Origin: an uncultured Planctomycetia bacterium | GTDB lineage: Bacteria > Omnitrophota > Gorgyraeia > Duberdicusellales > 4484-171 | NCBI GenBank assembly: GCA_964629785.1 | Contig: CAZVRU010000002.1 | Coordinates: 34,861-98,860 of the forward strand | Reading direction: 5' to 3' | DNA length: 64,000 nt | In this document: positions 9,369 to 20,039 of the stretch, one piece after another | How the letters are laid out: every line of letters starts with the position of its first letter | How positions within the stretch are numbered: the first letter of the stretch is position 1 | Translations under genes and position numbers: made by a program | The notes under the pieces: model-generated | Databases searched by the model: none | Told to the model about the DNA's origin: nothing | The model's input: the letters and a program-made list of their open reading frames with translations, nothing else

Positions 9369-10941
9369 GGTTTTAGTTTCGGATAAATTAGCCCCGGAAG
9401 GAGTCCGCATCCTGGAGGAAAGCGGTTTTACTGTCGACTGTAAATACGGGTTGGAGAAAGAAGAATTAAAAAAGATCATCAAGGATTATGACGCGATAGT
9501 CATCCGCAGCGATACCAAACTCAGCGAAGACGTTCTTGAAGCGGCGGTGAATCTTAAATTCGTGGGCCGGGCCGGCGTGGGCACTGATAACGTGGACAAA
9601 AAAGCCGCTACCAAAAAAGGGATCGTGGTGATGAACGCTCCCGGCGGCAATACTGTCTCCACCTGTGAACATGCTTTTTCCATGATGCTGGCAACTGCCC
9701 GTAAGATACCTTTTGCCTATGCTTCGATGCAGAATAAAGAATGGAAACGTTCTCAGTTCAAAGGTGTGGAACTGAATGCCAAGACCCTGGGGATAGTCGG
9801 TCTGGGAAGGATCGGCAAAGAAATGGCCAAACGAGCTCTTTCTTTCAATATGGAGGTAGTAGCAGTCGACCCTTTCATCTCCCGGGAAGCAGCCGATGCT
9901 CTGGGCATAAAACTGGTAGATCTGGAACAACTGCTTAAAGTGTCGGACTTCATTACCGTCCATACTCCGCTTACCGAGGAGACCAGAGGAATGATCGGTG
10001 CCGGGCAACTGGCGATGATGAAAAAAAATGCTTTTATCATCAATTGCGCCCGCGGCGGAATCGTCGACGAGGCCGCCCTGGTCCAGGCCCTGAAAGACAG
10101 GAAGATAGCCGGCGCAGCCCTGGATGTGTTCGAAAACGAACCGCCTTTTGACTCGGAATTGATGGGGCTGGATAATCTGGTGATGACCCCGCATCTGGGC
10201 GCTTCCACAGAAGAGGCCCAGGTCAATGTGGCCGTGGAAATAGCTTATTGTATACGTGACGCTTTGCAGGGCCGGGCGATCAGGAATGCCGTGAATTACA
10301 TCCAGCTCGATCCCGAAGCCTATCGCATTCTGAAGCCGTTCATGGAACTGGCTGAACTGATGGGCAAGTTTATTTCCCAGCTTCTTGACGGAAGGCCCGA
10401 AGCGCTTACCCTAAGCTATATCGGCGAGATCGCCGCACAGAAGGTCGATCCTTTGAGCCTGTCCTTTGCCAAGGGATTTCTTTCTCATGTTCTGGAAGAG
10501 GATGTCAATCTGGTCAATGCTCTGGCCATTGCCAAAGAGCGGGGGATCAAGGTAGAACAGAGCAAACTTCCGGAAGAACTTGAATATGTAAATCTGATCA
10601 GGGCCAGGATCAAGACCGATAAGGCCGAGCGGGTTATCGAAGGAACTCTTTTTGCCAACCGTAAGCCGCGTTTTGTCAAACTGGATGATTTTTATATCGA
10701 GATCAATCCGTCCCCGGTCATGGTGGTGCTTACCAACTGGGACAAGCCCGGTGTAGTCGGCAGTATGGGGACGATCCTGGGGGCGCACAAGATCAATATC
10801 GCCGGGATGAGCCTGGGCCGCCAGGCTCCCGAAGGAGTGGCCGTTACTGTACTCAACATCGATACGGTCCCCGACGATGAAGTGGTTAAAGAAATTTTGG
10901 CCAACAACAACGTCATTTCCTTTAAACGGATCAAACTTTAA
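9361..10941 (+). CDS. serA: D-3-phosphoglycerate dehydrogenase (ASB + ACT domains)
   Basis: GRAGVGTDNVD, GIVGLGRIG, NCARGG, TPHLGASTEEAQ, C-terminal DKPGVVG ACT domain. Confidence 0.96.
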   Translation: MHKVLVSDKLAPEGVRILEESGFTVDCKYGLEKEELKKIIKDYDAIVIRSDTKLSEDVLEAAVNLKFVGRAGVGTDNVDKKAATKKGIVVMNAPGGNTVSTCEHAFSMMLATARKIPFAYASMQNKEWKRSQFKGVELNAKTLGIVGLGRIGKEMAKRALSFNMEVVAVDPFISREAADALGIKLVDLEQLLKVSDFITVHTPLTEETRGMIGAGQLAMMKKNAFIINCARGGIVDEAALVQALKDRKIAGAALDVFENEPPFDSELMGLDNLVMTPHLGASTEEAQVNVAVEIAYCIRDALQGRAIRNAVNYIQLDPEAYRILKPFMELAELMGKFISQLLDGRPEALTLSYIGEIAAQKVDPLSLSFAKGFLSHVLEEDVNLVNALAIAKERGIKVEQSKLPEELEYVNLIRARIKTDKAERVIEGTLFANRKPRFVKLDDFYIEINPSPVMVVLTNWDKPGVVGSMGTILGAHKINIAGMSLGRQAPEGVAVTVLNIDTVPDDEVVKEILANNNVISFKRIKL

Positions 10942-10949
10942 GGAAAGGG

Positions 10950-12710
10950 ATGATAATGAAAAGATTTTTTTTCCTGGGCCTGGTCTGTTTTTGTTTGAAC
11001 GGCACGGTCTGGGCCGACGAACTGGTCATTGCCTATACCGGCAATACTTATTCCTCGCTGTTCGATTGCGGTCATTGTCCGGCCAGCGTGGGGGGCAGCC
11101 TGGCCAGACGGGCCACGTTGCTTGACCAGTTGCGGGAAAAAAATGATTTTTTCGCGCTGGTCGATGCCGGTAATTTTACTGCCGGCGGCATTCTTGACGA
11201 GTTCAGTGTCAGTCAGGAACTTGACCAGAAACGCAGCGAACTTTATCTGTCGGTCATGGGAAAGATCGGCTATGACGTCCTCTGTCTGGGTGACGAGGAT
11301 TTGAACTTCGGTCAGAAATTTATCCAGAAAGCAGTGACTGACAACAGGCTGAACCTTCTCTCGGCCAATATCAAGATCAAAAAGACCGGGGATTACCTGA
11401 TAAAAAAATACGGCACTGCCCGGGTGGCGTTTATCGGGCTGACCAATCCGGTGGTCGCCAGGCGTCTGGGCGCAAAAAGCAGTGATTATGTCAGGGCACT
11501 TTCCCGGATCCTCTCTACTTTAAAGAAAAAAGCCGATATTTTGGTGCTTTTATCCAATCTGGGCGAAACCGCCAACAAAGACGTAGCCGGCCGTTTTCCG
11601 GAAATAAACCTGATCATCGCTTCCGGCAATATGACCACGGCAGCTGCCTACGAGACAGTGGGCCAGACAGTGCTTTGCCGGGCAGCTTACCAGGGTAAAG
11701 AAGTACGCCTTATACGCCTGACTGTCGATAAGGGCAAGGTGGTCGACTGGACTTTTGACCAGCAGCCGCTGAGCACTGACATCGCCGAAGACGATTCGGT
11801 CAAAGCTATGCTGCCCGATTGTTTTTCCGATAATGACTGCCGGACAGCAGAAAAAGGGCAGGGCCATTGTCTTAAGCCGGGCAGTAAAAACGCGGTCTGT
11901 CAGTACCCGGAAATAGATCCGGTAAATGTATGGGTAATCACTGATAAAAGCTGTACATCCTGCGCCACCGGTTATACCGAAGATTTTCTGGTCAATACCA
12001 TCCCCGGTGTCCGGTTCACGACTGTTGATTTTCGCGACGACCAGGGCGCAGCCCTGATCCGAAAATACGATCTGAAGACTCTCCCGGCATTTATCGTCGC
12101 TTTGGAAAAAAACGCGGAGGTTATTTTGTCCCGGCACGGGTCCTTTATGGAACGTCGCGATGACGTCGCTTTGATAAATAAAGAAATGAGCGGTATTTTC
12201 ATGTACCTGGACCGGCCGCTGCTGCCTAAACGGCTTGATCTGTTCGTCGATCCGGCTGTCCCGGAATTTGCCGATATGGTGACGGCCCTGGACACGCTTC
12301 GCCGGGAAAAAGAGATCGCCGTGCAGATCCATTTTCTGGAGACGGCTGAGGGCAGTCAGATAACAGCGCCTACTGCCCTGGAAGAAGAAGCAGACCGTCT
12401 GCGGGCCGTAGAAATGAAGTATCCGGATAAATTCTGGCCCTACCTGACCAGAAGGGTCTCCCGGCTCAGCGACAGCTGGTGGATATCTTCTTTCGAAGAA
12501 CTGGCTATCGACCATCAGACGATCAAAGCCTGTCTGCAAGGCAATGAGTTTGCCGCACGGCTTAAGGCAGAAGAAGATCTGAGAGAATCGCTGAGCATAA
12601 GTCACGGCCCGGCGATCCTTATCGACAATAAAATGATCTTTCAAATTATTACGATCGACGCCCAGGGATTACTGGCATTGATCGAGTACGCGTCATCACT
12701 GCCTCGCTGA
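10950..12710 (+). CDS. Exported multidomain protein: UshA/5'-nucleotidase-like N-domain with CGHC, Cys-rich linker, thioredoxin-like C-terminal domains
   Basis: Signal peptide ending VWA; YTGNT..DCGHC..GGSLARRAT, VDAGNF, GYDVLCLGDED, LSANI, VAFIGL; CFSDNDC..C..C; DKSCTSC. Start may be ATG 10956. Confidence 0.6.
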   Translation: MIMKRFFFLGLVCFCLNGTVWADELVIAYTGNTYSSLFDCGHCPASVGGSLARRATLLDQLREKNDFFALVDAGNFTAGGILDEFSVSQELDQKRSELYLSVMGKIGYDVLCLGDEDLNFGQKFIQKAVTDNRLNLLSANIKIKKTGDYLIKKYGTARVAFIGLTNPVVARRLGAKSSDYVRALSRILSTLKKKADILVLLSNLGETANKDVAGRFPEINLIIASGNMTTAAAYETVGQTVLCRAAYQGKEVRLIRLTVDKGKVVDWTFDQQPLSTDIAEDDSVKAMLPDCFSDNDCRTAEKGQGHCLKPGSKNAVCQYPEIDPVNVWVITDKSCTSCATGYTEDFLVNTIPGVRFTTVDFRDDQGAALIRKYDLKTLPAFIVALEKNAEVILSRHGSFMERRDDVALINKEMSGIFMYLDRPLLPKRLDLFVDPAVPEFADMVTALDTLRREKEIAVQIHFLETAEGSQITAPTALEEEADRLRAVEMKYPDKFWPYLTRRVSRLSDSWWISSFEELAIDHQTIKACLQGNEFAARLKAEEDLRESLSISHGPAILIDNKMIFQIITIDAQGLLALIEYASSLPR

Positions 12711-12741
12711 TAAACGGCGGTGACAAGAAGGAGGAATACTG

Positions 12742-13971
12742 ATGGCCAAAATATTTCTTATTGATGTGACCAACCGGGACGGGGTCCAGACTTCCCGGAT
12801 CTGTCTTTCCAAATTGCAGAAGACCATGCTCAACATATACCTGGACAAGTTCGGCATATTTCAGAGCGAATTCGGTTTTCCGGTCACCCGTCACGAGATA
12901 AATTATCTCAAAGCCAATCTTAAACTGAAAGAAAGAAAGGTGATCAAGAGGATCAGATTGTCGGGATGGGTCCGGGCTATCAAAGAAGATGTCGTCCTGG
13001 CAGTCAAGAATGTCCCCGGTCTCGAACATCTCAATATTTCCATTTCCACCTCAGACCAGATGATCAGAGGGAAGTTCATGGGTAAACTCGATCACGCGGC
13101 TATTATAAAAAATATGGTTACGGCGGTCAAAGAAGGGAAAAAGCGCGGCCTGAAAAGCATCGGGGTCAATGCCGAAGACGCTTCCCGGGCCGATCTTGAT
13201 TATCTGGTCGAATTCGTTGCCGCAGCCAAAGCTGCCGGTGCCGACCGTTTTCGTTACTGTGACACGCTCGGCCATGACACGCCGTTTTCCATTTACGACC
13301 GGATCTCCCATATCGCCCGGTCAGTCGACATACCGATCGAACTGCACGGCCATAATGATCTCGGCCTTGCCGTAGCCACGGCTATTGCCGGGGCCAAAGC
13401 GGCCATCGATGGAGGAAGAGACGCCTACATAAATACCTGTGTAAACGGCATGGGCGAACGGGCCGGCAATACTGATCTGGTCAGTGTGGTCCTGGCCCTG
13501 CGTTACGGCGCCGGTTTCGATAAATATAAGCTCGACGAAAAAATAGATCTTACCGTGGCCTGGCATATGTGCAAATACGCTTCCTATGCTTTCGGCATAC
13601 CTCTGCCGATCAATCAGCCGGGGATAGGGGCCAATGCCTTTGCTCATGAGTCCGGGATCCACGCCGACGGGGCGCTCAAGGACAGAAAAAATTATGAACT
13701 TTATGATTTTGCCGAATTGGGCCGGGGCGAGGTCGAAGTCATCGATACCGGACGTAAAATAACGGTTGGCGAATATTCGGGGATAAAAGGTTTTCGCAAT
13801 GTCTATGAAAAACTTCAGATAAGGTTCAAGAGTGATGCTGAGGCGCGGGAGGTACTGGAGCTGGCCCGTTATGCCAACGTGCATAACCAGAAACCGCTGA
13901 CCGAAGAAGAGCTGGCGTTTATCGCCCGCTATCCTGAGATCTCCCGGGATATTTTTACCATGATGCCGTAA
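12742..13971 (+). CDS. DRE-TIM metallolyase (LeuA/NifV family), most likely Dehalococcoides-type Re-citrate synthase
   Basis: IDVTNRDGVQT, FQSEFGFP, CDTLG, HGHNDLG, NGMGERAGN, AHESGIHADG; no LeuA regulatory domain; SD AAGGAGG. Confidence 0.75.
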   Translation: MAKIFLIDVTNRDGVQTSRICLSKLQKTMLNIYLDKFGIFQSEFGFPVTRHEINYLKANLKLKERKVIKRIRLSGWVRAIKEDVVLAVKNVPGLEHLNISISTSDQMIRGKFMGKLDHAAIIKNMVTAVKEGKKRGLKSIGVNAEDASRADLDYLVEFVAAAKAAGADRFRYCDTLGHDTPFSIYDRISHIARSVDIPIELHGHNDLGLAVATAIAGAKAAIDGGRDAYINTCVNGMGERAGNTDLVSVVLALRYGAGFDKYKLDEKIDLTVAWHMCKYASYAFGIPLPINQPGIGANAFAHESGIHADGALKDRKNYELYDFAELGRGEVEVIDTGRKITVGEYSGIKGFRNVYEKLQIRFKSDAEAREVLELARYANVHNQKPLTEEELAFIARYPEISRDIFTMMP

Positions 13972-14017
13972 AAAATGCCGGGGCAGGAGTCGATAAAAAT
14001 ATCGTTTTACAGCGTAA

Positions 14018-15304
<1,287 letters not shown>

Positions 15305-15305
15305 T

Positions 15306-17354
15306 ATGCACTATCTGGTATTTGCCTTTGGCACTGCCCTGGCCGCATTGATCTTCTGCTGGTTCATAAAACAATGGATTTTCCGGAGAAGCGAAGGGAA
15401 CGACGCGATGCTGGCCATTGCCGGTTATATTAAGGAAGGGGCCCGGGGATATCTTAAACAGCAGTATAAAATCGTTTGTATCTTTTTTGCCGTCGTATTT
15501 CTGCTGATGCTGGCCATTGGTTTGAAAATAGTGGCTGTAGGATTTCTGGCCGGCGGCGTCTGCTCGGCGCTTTGCGGATGGATCGGTATGTTTATTTCCA
15601 CTCATTCCGGCAGTCGTACTGCCTTTGCCGCCAGTAACAGTCTTAATAACGGATTGCGGGTCGCTTTTTCCGCCGGAACGGTAATGGGGCTTTCGGTGGT
15701 CGGTTTTGCTCTACTGTTTTTAACGCTTTCTTATGTTATCCTGAACCGTATTTACGGGGGAGATCTGGCCCAGATAACGGCGACGATGCTGTCTTTCGGC
15801 ATGGGCGCTTCCAGCTATGCCTTGTTCGCCCGTGTGGGCGGTGGTATTTATACCAAGGCAGCTGATGTCGGTGCTGACCTGGTGGGGAAAGTGGAAGCCG
15901 GTATACCCGAAGACGATCCCCGTAACCCGGCGGTTATCGCCGATCAGGTAGGCGATAATGTGGGTGATGTAGCCGGTATGGGTGCTGATCTTTACGAATC
16001 TTACGTGGATTCTCTTCTGGCGGCAATGGCTCTGGCCGTATCTGCCGGTCTGGGGTCCAGAGGCGTGTTCCTGCCTCTGATGCTCGGTGCCTGCGGTGTG
16101 ATCGCTTCGATCATCGGTTATTTTTTCGTCCGTACCAGCCAGGAAACTCAGCGGGCTTTGCTGATGGCTTTGCGGAGGGGACTGTTTGTGGCTGCGGGTC
16201 TGATAGTAGGCCTGGCCTTTGTCTGTATCCGGCATATTTTTTTCCTGCCCCTGGGCATTTTCTGGTCGATCATCTGCGGTCTTGCCGCTGGTGTGCTCAT
16301 GGGTATCGTTACCGAATATTTTACCTCGGCGTCGTTTTCGCCGGTGCAGACGCTTTCCCGGTCCAGCCTGAGCGGGCCGGCACCGATCATTATCGGAGGT
16401 ATTTCTCTGGGGATGATGTCCACGGTCATACCGGTCCTTCTGGTCTGTGCTGCGATATTCCTGAGTTTTTATTTTGCCGGAGGCACGAGCAATTATTCGC
16501 TGGGCCTCTACGGCATCGGTATAGCCAGCGTGGGTCTTCTTTCCACTTTAGGTACTACCCTGGCCTCGGATGCTTACGGCCCGGTGGCCGATAATGCCGG
16601 AGGCATTGCCGAGATGTCCGGTCTGGAAAAGACTGTCCGGGAAAAGACCGACCAGCTCGATGCTCTGGGCAATACCACTGCCGCTACCGGAAAGGGTTTT
16701 GCCATCGGCAGCGCGGCGCTTACTACCCTGGCCCTTATCGTCGCCTTTAAGGAAAAAGTCGAATTCAGCGGGGCAACGATAACTCTTTCTCTGCTTAACG
16801 TGAAATTACTTATCGGTCTTCTTATCGGCGGTATGTTGCCATTTGCCTTCTGTTCGCTGACTATCAGTGCCGTAGGGACCGCGGCTCAGTTTATCGTGGA
16901 AGAAGTACGACGCCAGTTCCGGGATATAAAAGGATTGCTTGAAGGAAGCGGCAAGGCCGAGTATACTACCTGTGTAAAGATCACTACTCAGGCCGCTCAG
17001 AAAAAAATGATCGCTCCGGCTTTACTGGCGATCATCGCTCCGGTAGCCGTAGGCCTTCTTTTCGGGGTGGAAGCAGTGGCCGGTCTTCTTATCGGCGCTC
17101 TGGTATCGGGGTTTGTCCTGGCTGTGTTCATGGCCAATTCCGGCGGGGCCTGGGACAATGCCAAAAAGTTCATTGAAGAGGGCAATTTCGGAGGAAAAGG
17201 TTCGGCCGCTCATAAAGCGGCAGTGGTCGGCGATACTATCGGAGATCCCTTTAAGGATACTGCCGGTCCTTCGCTCAATATATTGCTTAAACTGATGTCC
17301 ATGGTCGCTATCGTGTTCAGCCGGTTTATGATCGCCCATACCTTATTTAAATAA
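15306..17354 (+). CDS. hppA: Membrane-integral K+-dependent (likely Na+-translocating) pyrophosphatase
   Basis: GGGIYTKAADVGADLVGKVE, EDDPRNP, GADLYESY, GNTTAATGKGFAIGS, GGAWDNAKK, GDPFKDTAGP. Start at ATG 15306. Confidence 0.95.
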   Translation: MHYLVFAFGTALAALIFCWFIKQWIFRRSEGNDAMLAIAGYIKEGARGYLKQQYKIVCIFFAVVFLLMLAIGLKIVAVGFLAGGVCSALCGWIGMFISTHSGSRTAFAASNSLNNGLRVAFSAGTVMGLSVVGFALLFLTLSYVILNRIYGGDLAQITATMLSFGMGASSYALFARVGGGIYTKAADVGADLVGKVEAGIPEDDPRNPAVIADQVGDNVGDVAGMGADLYESYVDSLLAAMALAVSAGLGSRGVFLPLMLGACGVIASIIGYFFVRTSQETQRALLMALRRGLFVAAGLIVGLAFVCIRHIFFLPLGIFWSIICGLAAGVLMGIVTEYFTSASFSPVQTLSRSSLSGPAPIIIGGISLGMMSTVIPVLLVCAAIFLSFYFAGGTSNYSLGLYGIGIASVGLLSTLGTTLASDAYGPVADNAGGIAEMSGLEKTVREKTDQLDALGNTTAATGKGFAIGSAALTTLALIVAFKEKVEFSGATITLSLLNVKLLIGLLIGGMLPFAFCSLTISAVGTAAQFIVEEVRRQFRDIKGLLEGSGKAEYTTCVKITTQAAQKKMIAPALLAIIAPVAVGLLFGVEAVAGLLIGALVSGFVLAVFMANSGGAWDNAKKFIEEGNFGGKGSAAHKAAVVGDTIGDPFKDTAGPSLNILLKLMSMVAIVFSRFMIAHTLFK

Positions 17355-17365
17355 AGGTGAATGGG

Positions 17366-17394
17366 TTGACTTTATAGAGGGCCTGTGATATTCT
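17366..17394 (+). promoter_or_regulatory. Sigma70-type promoter TTGACT-N17-TATTCT (TG extension)
   Basis: Hexamers with 17-nt spacing upstream of the OmpA/MotB gene and its GGAGG SD. Confidence 0.55.
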
Positions 17395-17424
17395 AAAAAA
17401 AATTCAAACCAAGGGAGGATGGTT

Positions 17425-18060
17425 ATGAAAAAAATGAAGACTCCCCTTATTCTGCTGGCGGTAGTTTTCTTCATCAGTGGCTGTTCGGTTATTCTGCAAA
17501 AAGGAAGGCGTTCGGATATCGAACGTATCCAGACGCTGGAAGACGAACTTGCTCAGCTTCGCAACACCCAGACCCTGCTTGAACAGCGGTTGTCCCAGGA
17601 AATAGCGGACAAACAGGTCCGTCTGTCGATGCAGGAAAAAGGTCTGGTAGTGACCTTTGTCGCCGAGATTTTGTTCGATTCCGGGAAAGCCAAACTCAAG
17701 GAAAACAGCATCGATGTACTGGGAAAAGTGGCGCGCGTGCTCAGGGAAGAAGTGCCCGGCAACACTGTCGGCATCGAAGGACATACTGACGATCAGCCGA
17801 TAAAATATTCCCCCTGGAAATCCAACTGGGAATTGTCGGCTCAGCGGGCCTTGAGCGTTCTCCATTTTCTGGAAGAGCAGGGGGTGGGTTCGAAACGTCT
17901 TTTCGCGAGCGGTTACGGCGAGTTCAGCCCGGTGGCTTCCAATGAGAGCGAAGAAGGTAAAAGCCTGAACCGGCGGGTCGAGATCGTTATCGTACCGATG
18001 AAGGTACAGAAGACCAGGTCCGGTCAGATAGGCGAAGAGGTCGAGGGGGAACTGAAATGA
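17425..18060 (+). CDS. OmpA/MotB-family peptidoglycan-binding lipoprotein with coiled coil
   Basis: Lipobox ISGC; ILFDSGKA, IEGHTDD, SNWELSAQRA, GYGEFSPVASN, NRRVEI. ATG 17425 fits SD spacing better than 17419. Confidence 0.85.
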   Translation: MKKMKTPLILLAVVFFISGCSVILQKGRRSDIERIQTLEDELAQLRNTQTLLEQRLSQEIADKQVRLSMQEKGLVVTFVAEILFDSGKAKLKENSIDVLGKVARVLREEVPGNTVGIEGHTDDQPIKYSPWKSNWELSAQRALSVLHFLEEQGVGSKRLFASGYGEFSPVASNESEEGKSLNRRVEIVIVPMKVQKTRSGQIGEEVEGELK

Positions 18061-18413
18061 GCAACCAGCCTTTGACTTTAAGCATTCTGCTGGGAATAAT
18101 CCTTTTGCTGATAATCGGCGGTGTTTCGCTTTCGGTTAAGTTAAGCAATTCTTCCAAAGAAGGCGCTGTCTGCCTGAGCGAACGTATGGAATTGTTGAAA
18201 ATAAAGCAGCAACTGGAACAGGAAAACGAGTCGCTGACAGCGGAAAATCTTGATCTGGAAAAAAGACTGAACGAAATACAGTCTTTGCGTGATTCGGTTG
18301 TTACGGAAAAAGAACAGTGCGCGCTCGAGCTGCAGCGGACGATCAAGATAAAAGAAGCACTTGAGGAACGGTTAAAAGACGAATTGCTTAAAGAAGACTC
18401 ATCCCGCCGTTAA
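18057..18413 (+). CDS. Hypothetical single-TM coiled-coil protein
   Basis: N-terminal hydrophobic helix, then heptad-rich E/K/L sequence; ATGA overlap with the upstream gene. Confidence 0.7.
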   Translation: MSNQPLTLSILLGIILLLIIGGVSLSVKLSNSSKEGAVCLSERMELLKIKQQLEQENESLTAENLDLEKRLNEIQSLRDSVVTEKEQCALELQRTIKIKEALEERLKDELLKEDSSRR

Positions 18414-18439
18414 CCGTTTGCCAACGGAAAGAAAGTACG

Positions 18440-18474
18440 ATAAAAGGGGGCTCTGGAGTCCCCTTTTATATTTT
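18440..18474 (+). terminator. Intrinsic terminator-like hairpin, possibly bidirectional
   Basis: ATAAAAGGGGGCTC-TG-GAGTCCCCTTTTAT followed by ATTTT. Confidence 0.6.
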
Positions 18475-18510
18475 ACCCCCGGTCGGAAAAACGGGCCGGA
18501 AAAGATAATT

Positions 18511-19245
18511 ATGAATATTCCCCGTCACATCGCAGTGATCATGGATGGCAACGGCCGCTGGGCCGAAAAGCAGGGGCTGCCCCGCAGTTTCGGGCACAAA
18601 CGGGGCGCCGAGCGGGTTGATGAGATAATCAGAAAAGCCAGTCAGCTGGGGGTAAGAGCTCTTACCCTGTTTGCTTTTTCCACGGAAAACTGGTCGCGGC
18701 CCCGCGCCGAGATCGAGATGCTGTTTCGTCTTCTGGGTGATATGCTGAGAAAAAAAAGACGGCTGCTGGAGGAAAAGAACATCCGTATTCGTTTTATAGG
18801 CCGGCGGGACCGGTTTTCTCCTGCGGTACTGAAAGTGATCCGGGAGGCCGAAGAGATGCCGGCGGATAAAGAGAGTTTCCTGGTCTTTATAGCCCTTGAT
18901 TACGGAGGCCGCGACGATATCCTGCGGGCTGCCCGGGCCTGGGGCAGAGAAGTCGTCTCCGGCAGCAGGGTCCCCGAAGATCTGGATGAAAAGACATTTG
19001 CTGCCTATCTTGACCTGGCCGATGTTCCCGAGCCCGATCTTTTGATCAGGACCTCGGGCGAACAGCGCATCAGCAATTTTCTGCTCTGGCAGCTTGCCTA
19101 CAGCGAGTTTTATTTTACGTCCTGCCTCTGGCCTGATTTTGACAGCGAACAACTGGACAGGGCTATTTCCGAATATACCGGCCGCCAGCGCCGCTTCGGC
19201 GCGATCAGCAAAAATCCGGAAAAAGCGGATAAGGAGAGGGGATGA
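18511..19245 (+). CDS. uppS: Undecaprenyl/polyprenyl diphosphate synthase
   Basis: PRHIAVIMDGNGRWA, FSTENWSRP, PDLLIRTSGEQRISNFLLWQ, RRFG. Start at ATG 18511. Confidence 0.95.
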   Translation: MNIPRHIAVIMDGNGRWAEKQGLPRSFGHKRGAERVDEIIRKASQLGVRALTLFAFSTENWSRPRAEIEMLFRLLGDMLRKKRRLLEEKNIRIRFIGRRDRFSPAVLKVIREAEEMPADKESFLVFIALDYGGRDDILRAARAWGREVVSGSRVPEDLDEKTFAAYLDLADVPEPDLLIRTSGEQRISNFLLWQLAYSEFYFTSCLWPDFDSEQLDRAISEYTGRQRRFGAISKNPEKADKERG

Positions 19246-20039
19246 TGAGACAAAGGATACAGACGTCTTTATTTTTGATCTTTCTGGTCGTTTTTTCCCT
19301 TAAATCATATATTCTGTTCGGTATAGTCATAAGTATTTTTACCGGGTTCAGCCTGCTGGAATTTTTCAATATGGTCGAAAAAAAAGGGGTCAGGCTGTTC
19401 AAGATTTTCGGCCTTCTGGTCGGAGTATTGATACCGGTATCGATTTTTTTCAAATTTCCGGTCAAGGAGGGATGGCAGTTCCTTTTTGTCATTCTGGGGT
19501 TGTTTTTTTTATTCCTGCTGGAACTTACCAAAAAAGAGAGATTCCAACCGGTACTTTCTCTTTCGGCTACGGTATTCGGGATCCTGTATATTTCCTGGTG
19601 CTTCAGTTTTCTGGTCAGGATCAGGCAGTTGGAAAGCGGAGTGGGAATGATTATTTTCCTGATTTTGATCACCAAAGCTTCGGATATCGGAGCTTATCTC
19701 TTCGGTTCCCGTTACGGCAAAATACCTCTGGTCCGCCGGGTAAGTCCCCAGAAAACGCTGGAAGGCGCTCTGGGCGGTTTTATATTCAGCCTGGCCGCCG
19801 GCCTGATCTTCATGGCCGTGAGCGGCAGCTTATCCCATTTCTGGGAAAAAATATTTCTTATTTCGGTATTGGCCATTCTCGGACAACTGGGTGATCTGTT
19901 CGAATCTTTGATCAAAAGAGATTGCGAGATAAAAGACTCGGGCGGCGTTTTTCCGGGGATGGGCGGTTTTCTCGACGTGGTCGACAGCCTGATCTTCACG
20001 GCCCCGACATTTTATCTTTACGTGACTATGGTGCAATGA
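19242..20039 (+). CDS. cdsA: Phosphatidate cytidylyltransferase
   Basis: Multi-TM; DIGAYLFG, SPQKTLEG, GDLFESLIKR, KDSG..PGMGGFLD. Confidence 0.94.
   Translation: MMRQRIQTSLFLIFLVVFSLKSYILFGIVISIFTGFSLLEFFNMVEKKGVRLFKIFGLLVGVLIPVSIFFKFPVKEGWQFLFVILGLFFLFLLELTKKERFQPVLSLSATVFGILYISWCFSFLVRIRQLESGVGMIIFLILITKASDIGAYLFGSRYGKIPLVRRVSPQKTLEGALGGFIFSLAAGLIFMAVSGSLSHFWEKIFLISVLAILGQLGDLFESLIKRDCEIKDSGGVFPGMGGFLDVVDSLIFTAPTFYLYVTMVQ

Noticed and set aside
11060-11080. Selenocysteine recoding in the UshA-like protein
   Set aside because: Both Cys codons are TGC/TGT; no in-frame TGA.
11550-12644. 364-aa minus-strand ORF (likewise 25129-26184, 29150-29998, 36156-37001 and others)
   Set aside because: Overlap well-supported + strand genes almost entirely; typical stop-poor antisense frames.
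18418-18510. Upstream TTG extension of uppS (similar extensions for lptB, hppA, dxr, ruvB, fchA, apbE)
   Set aside because: Extensions cross a terminator or overlap upstream genes; family homology begins at the downstream ATG.
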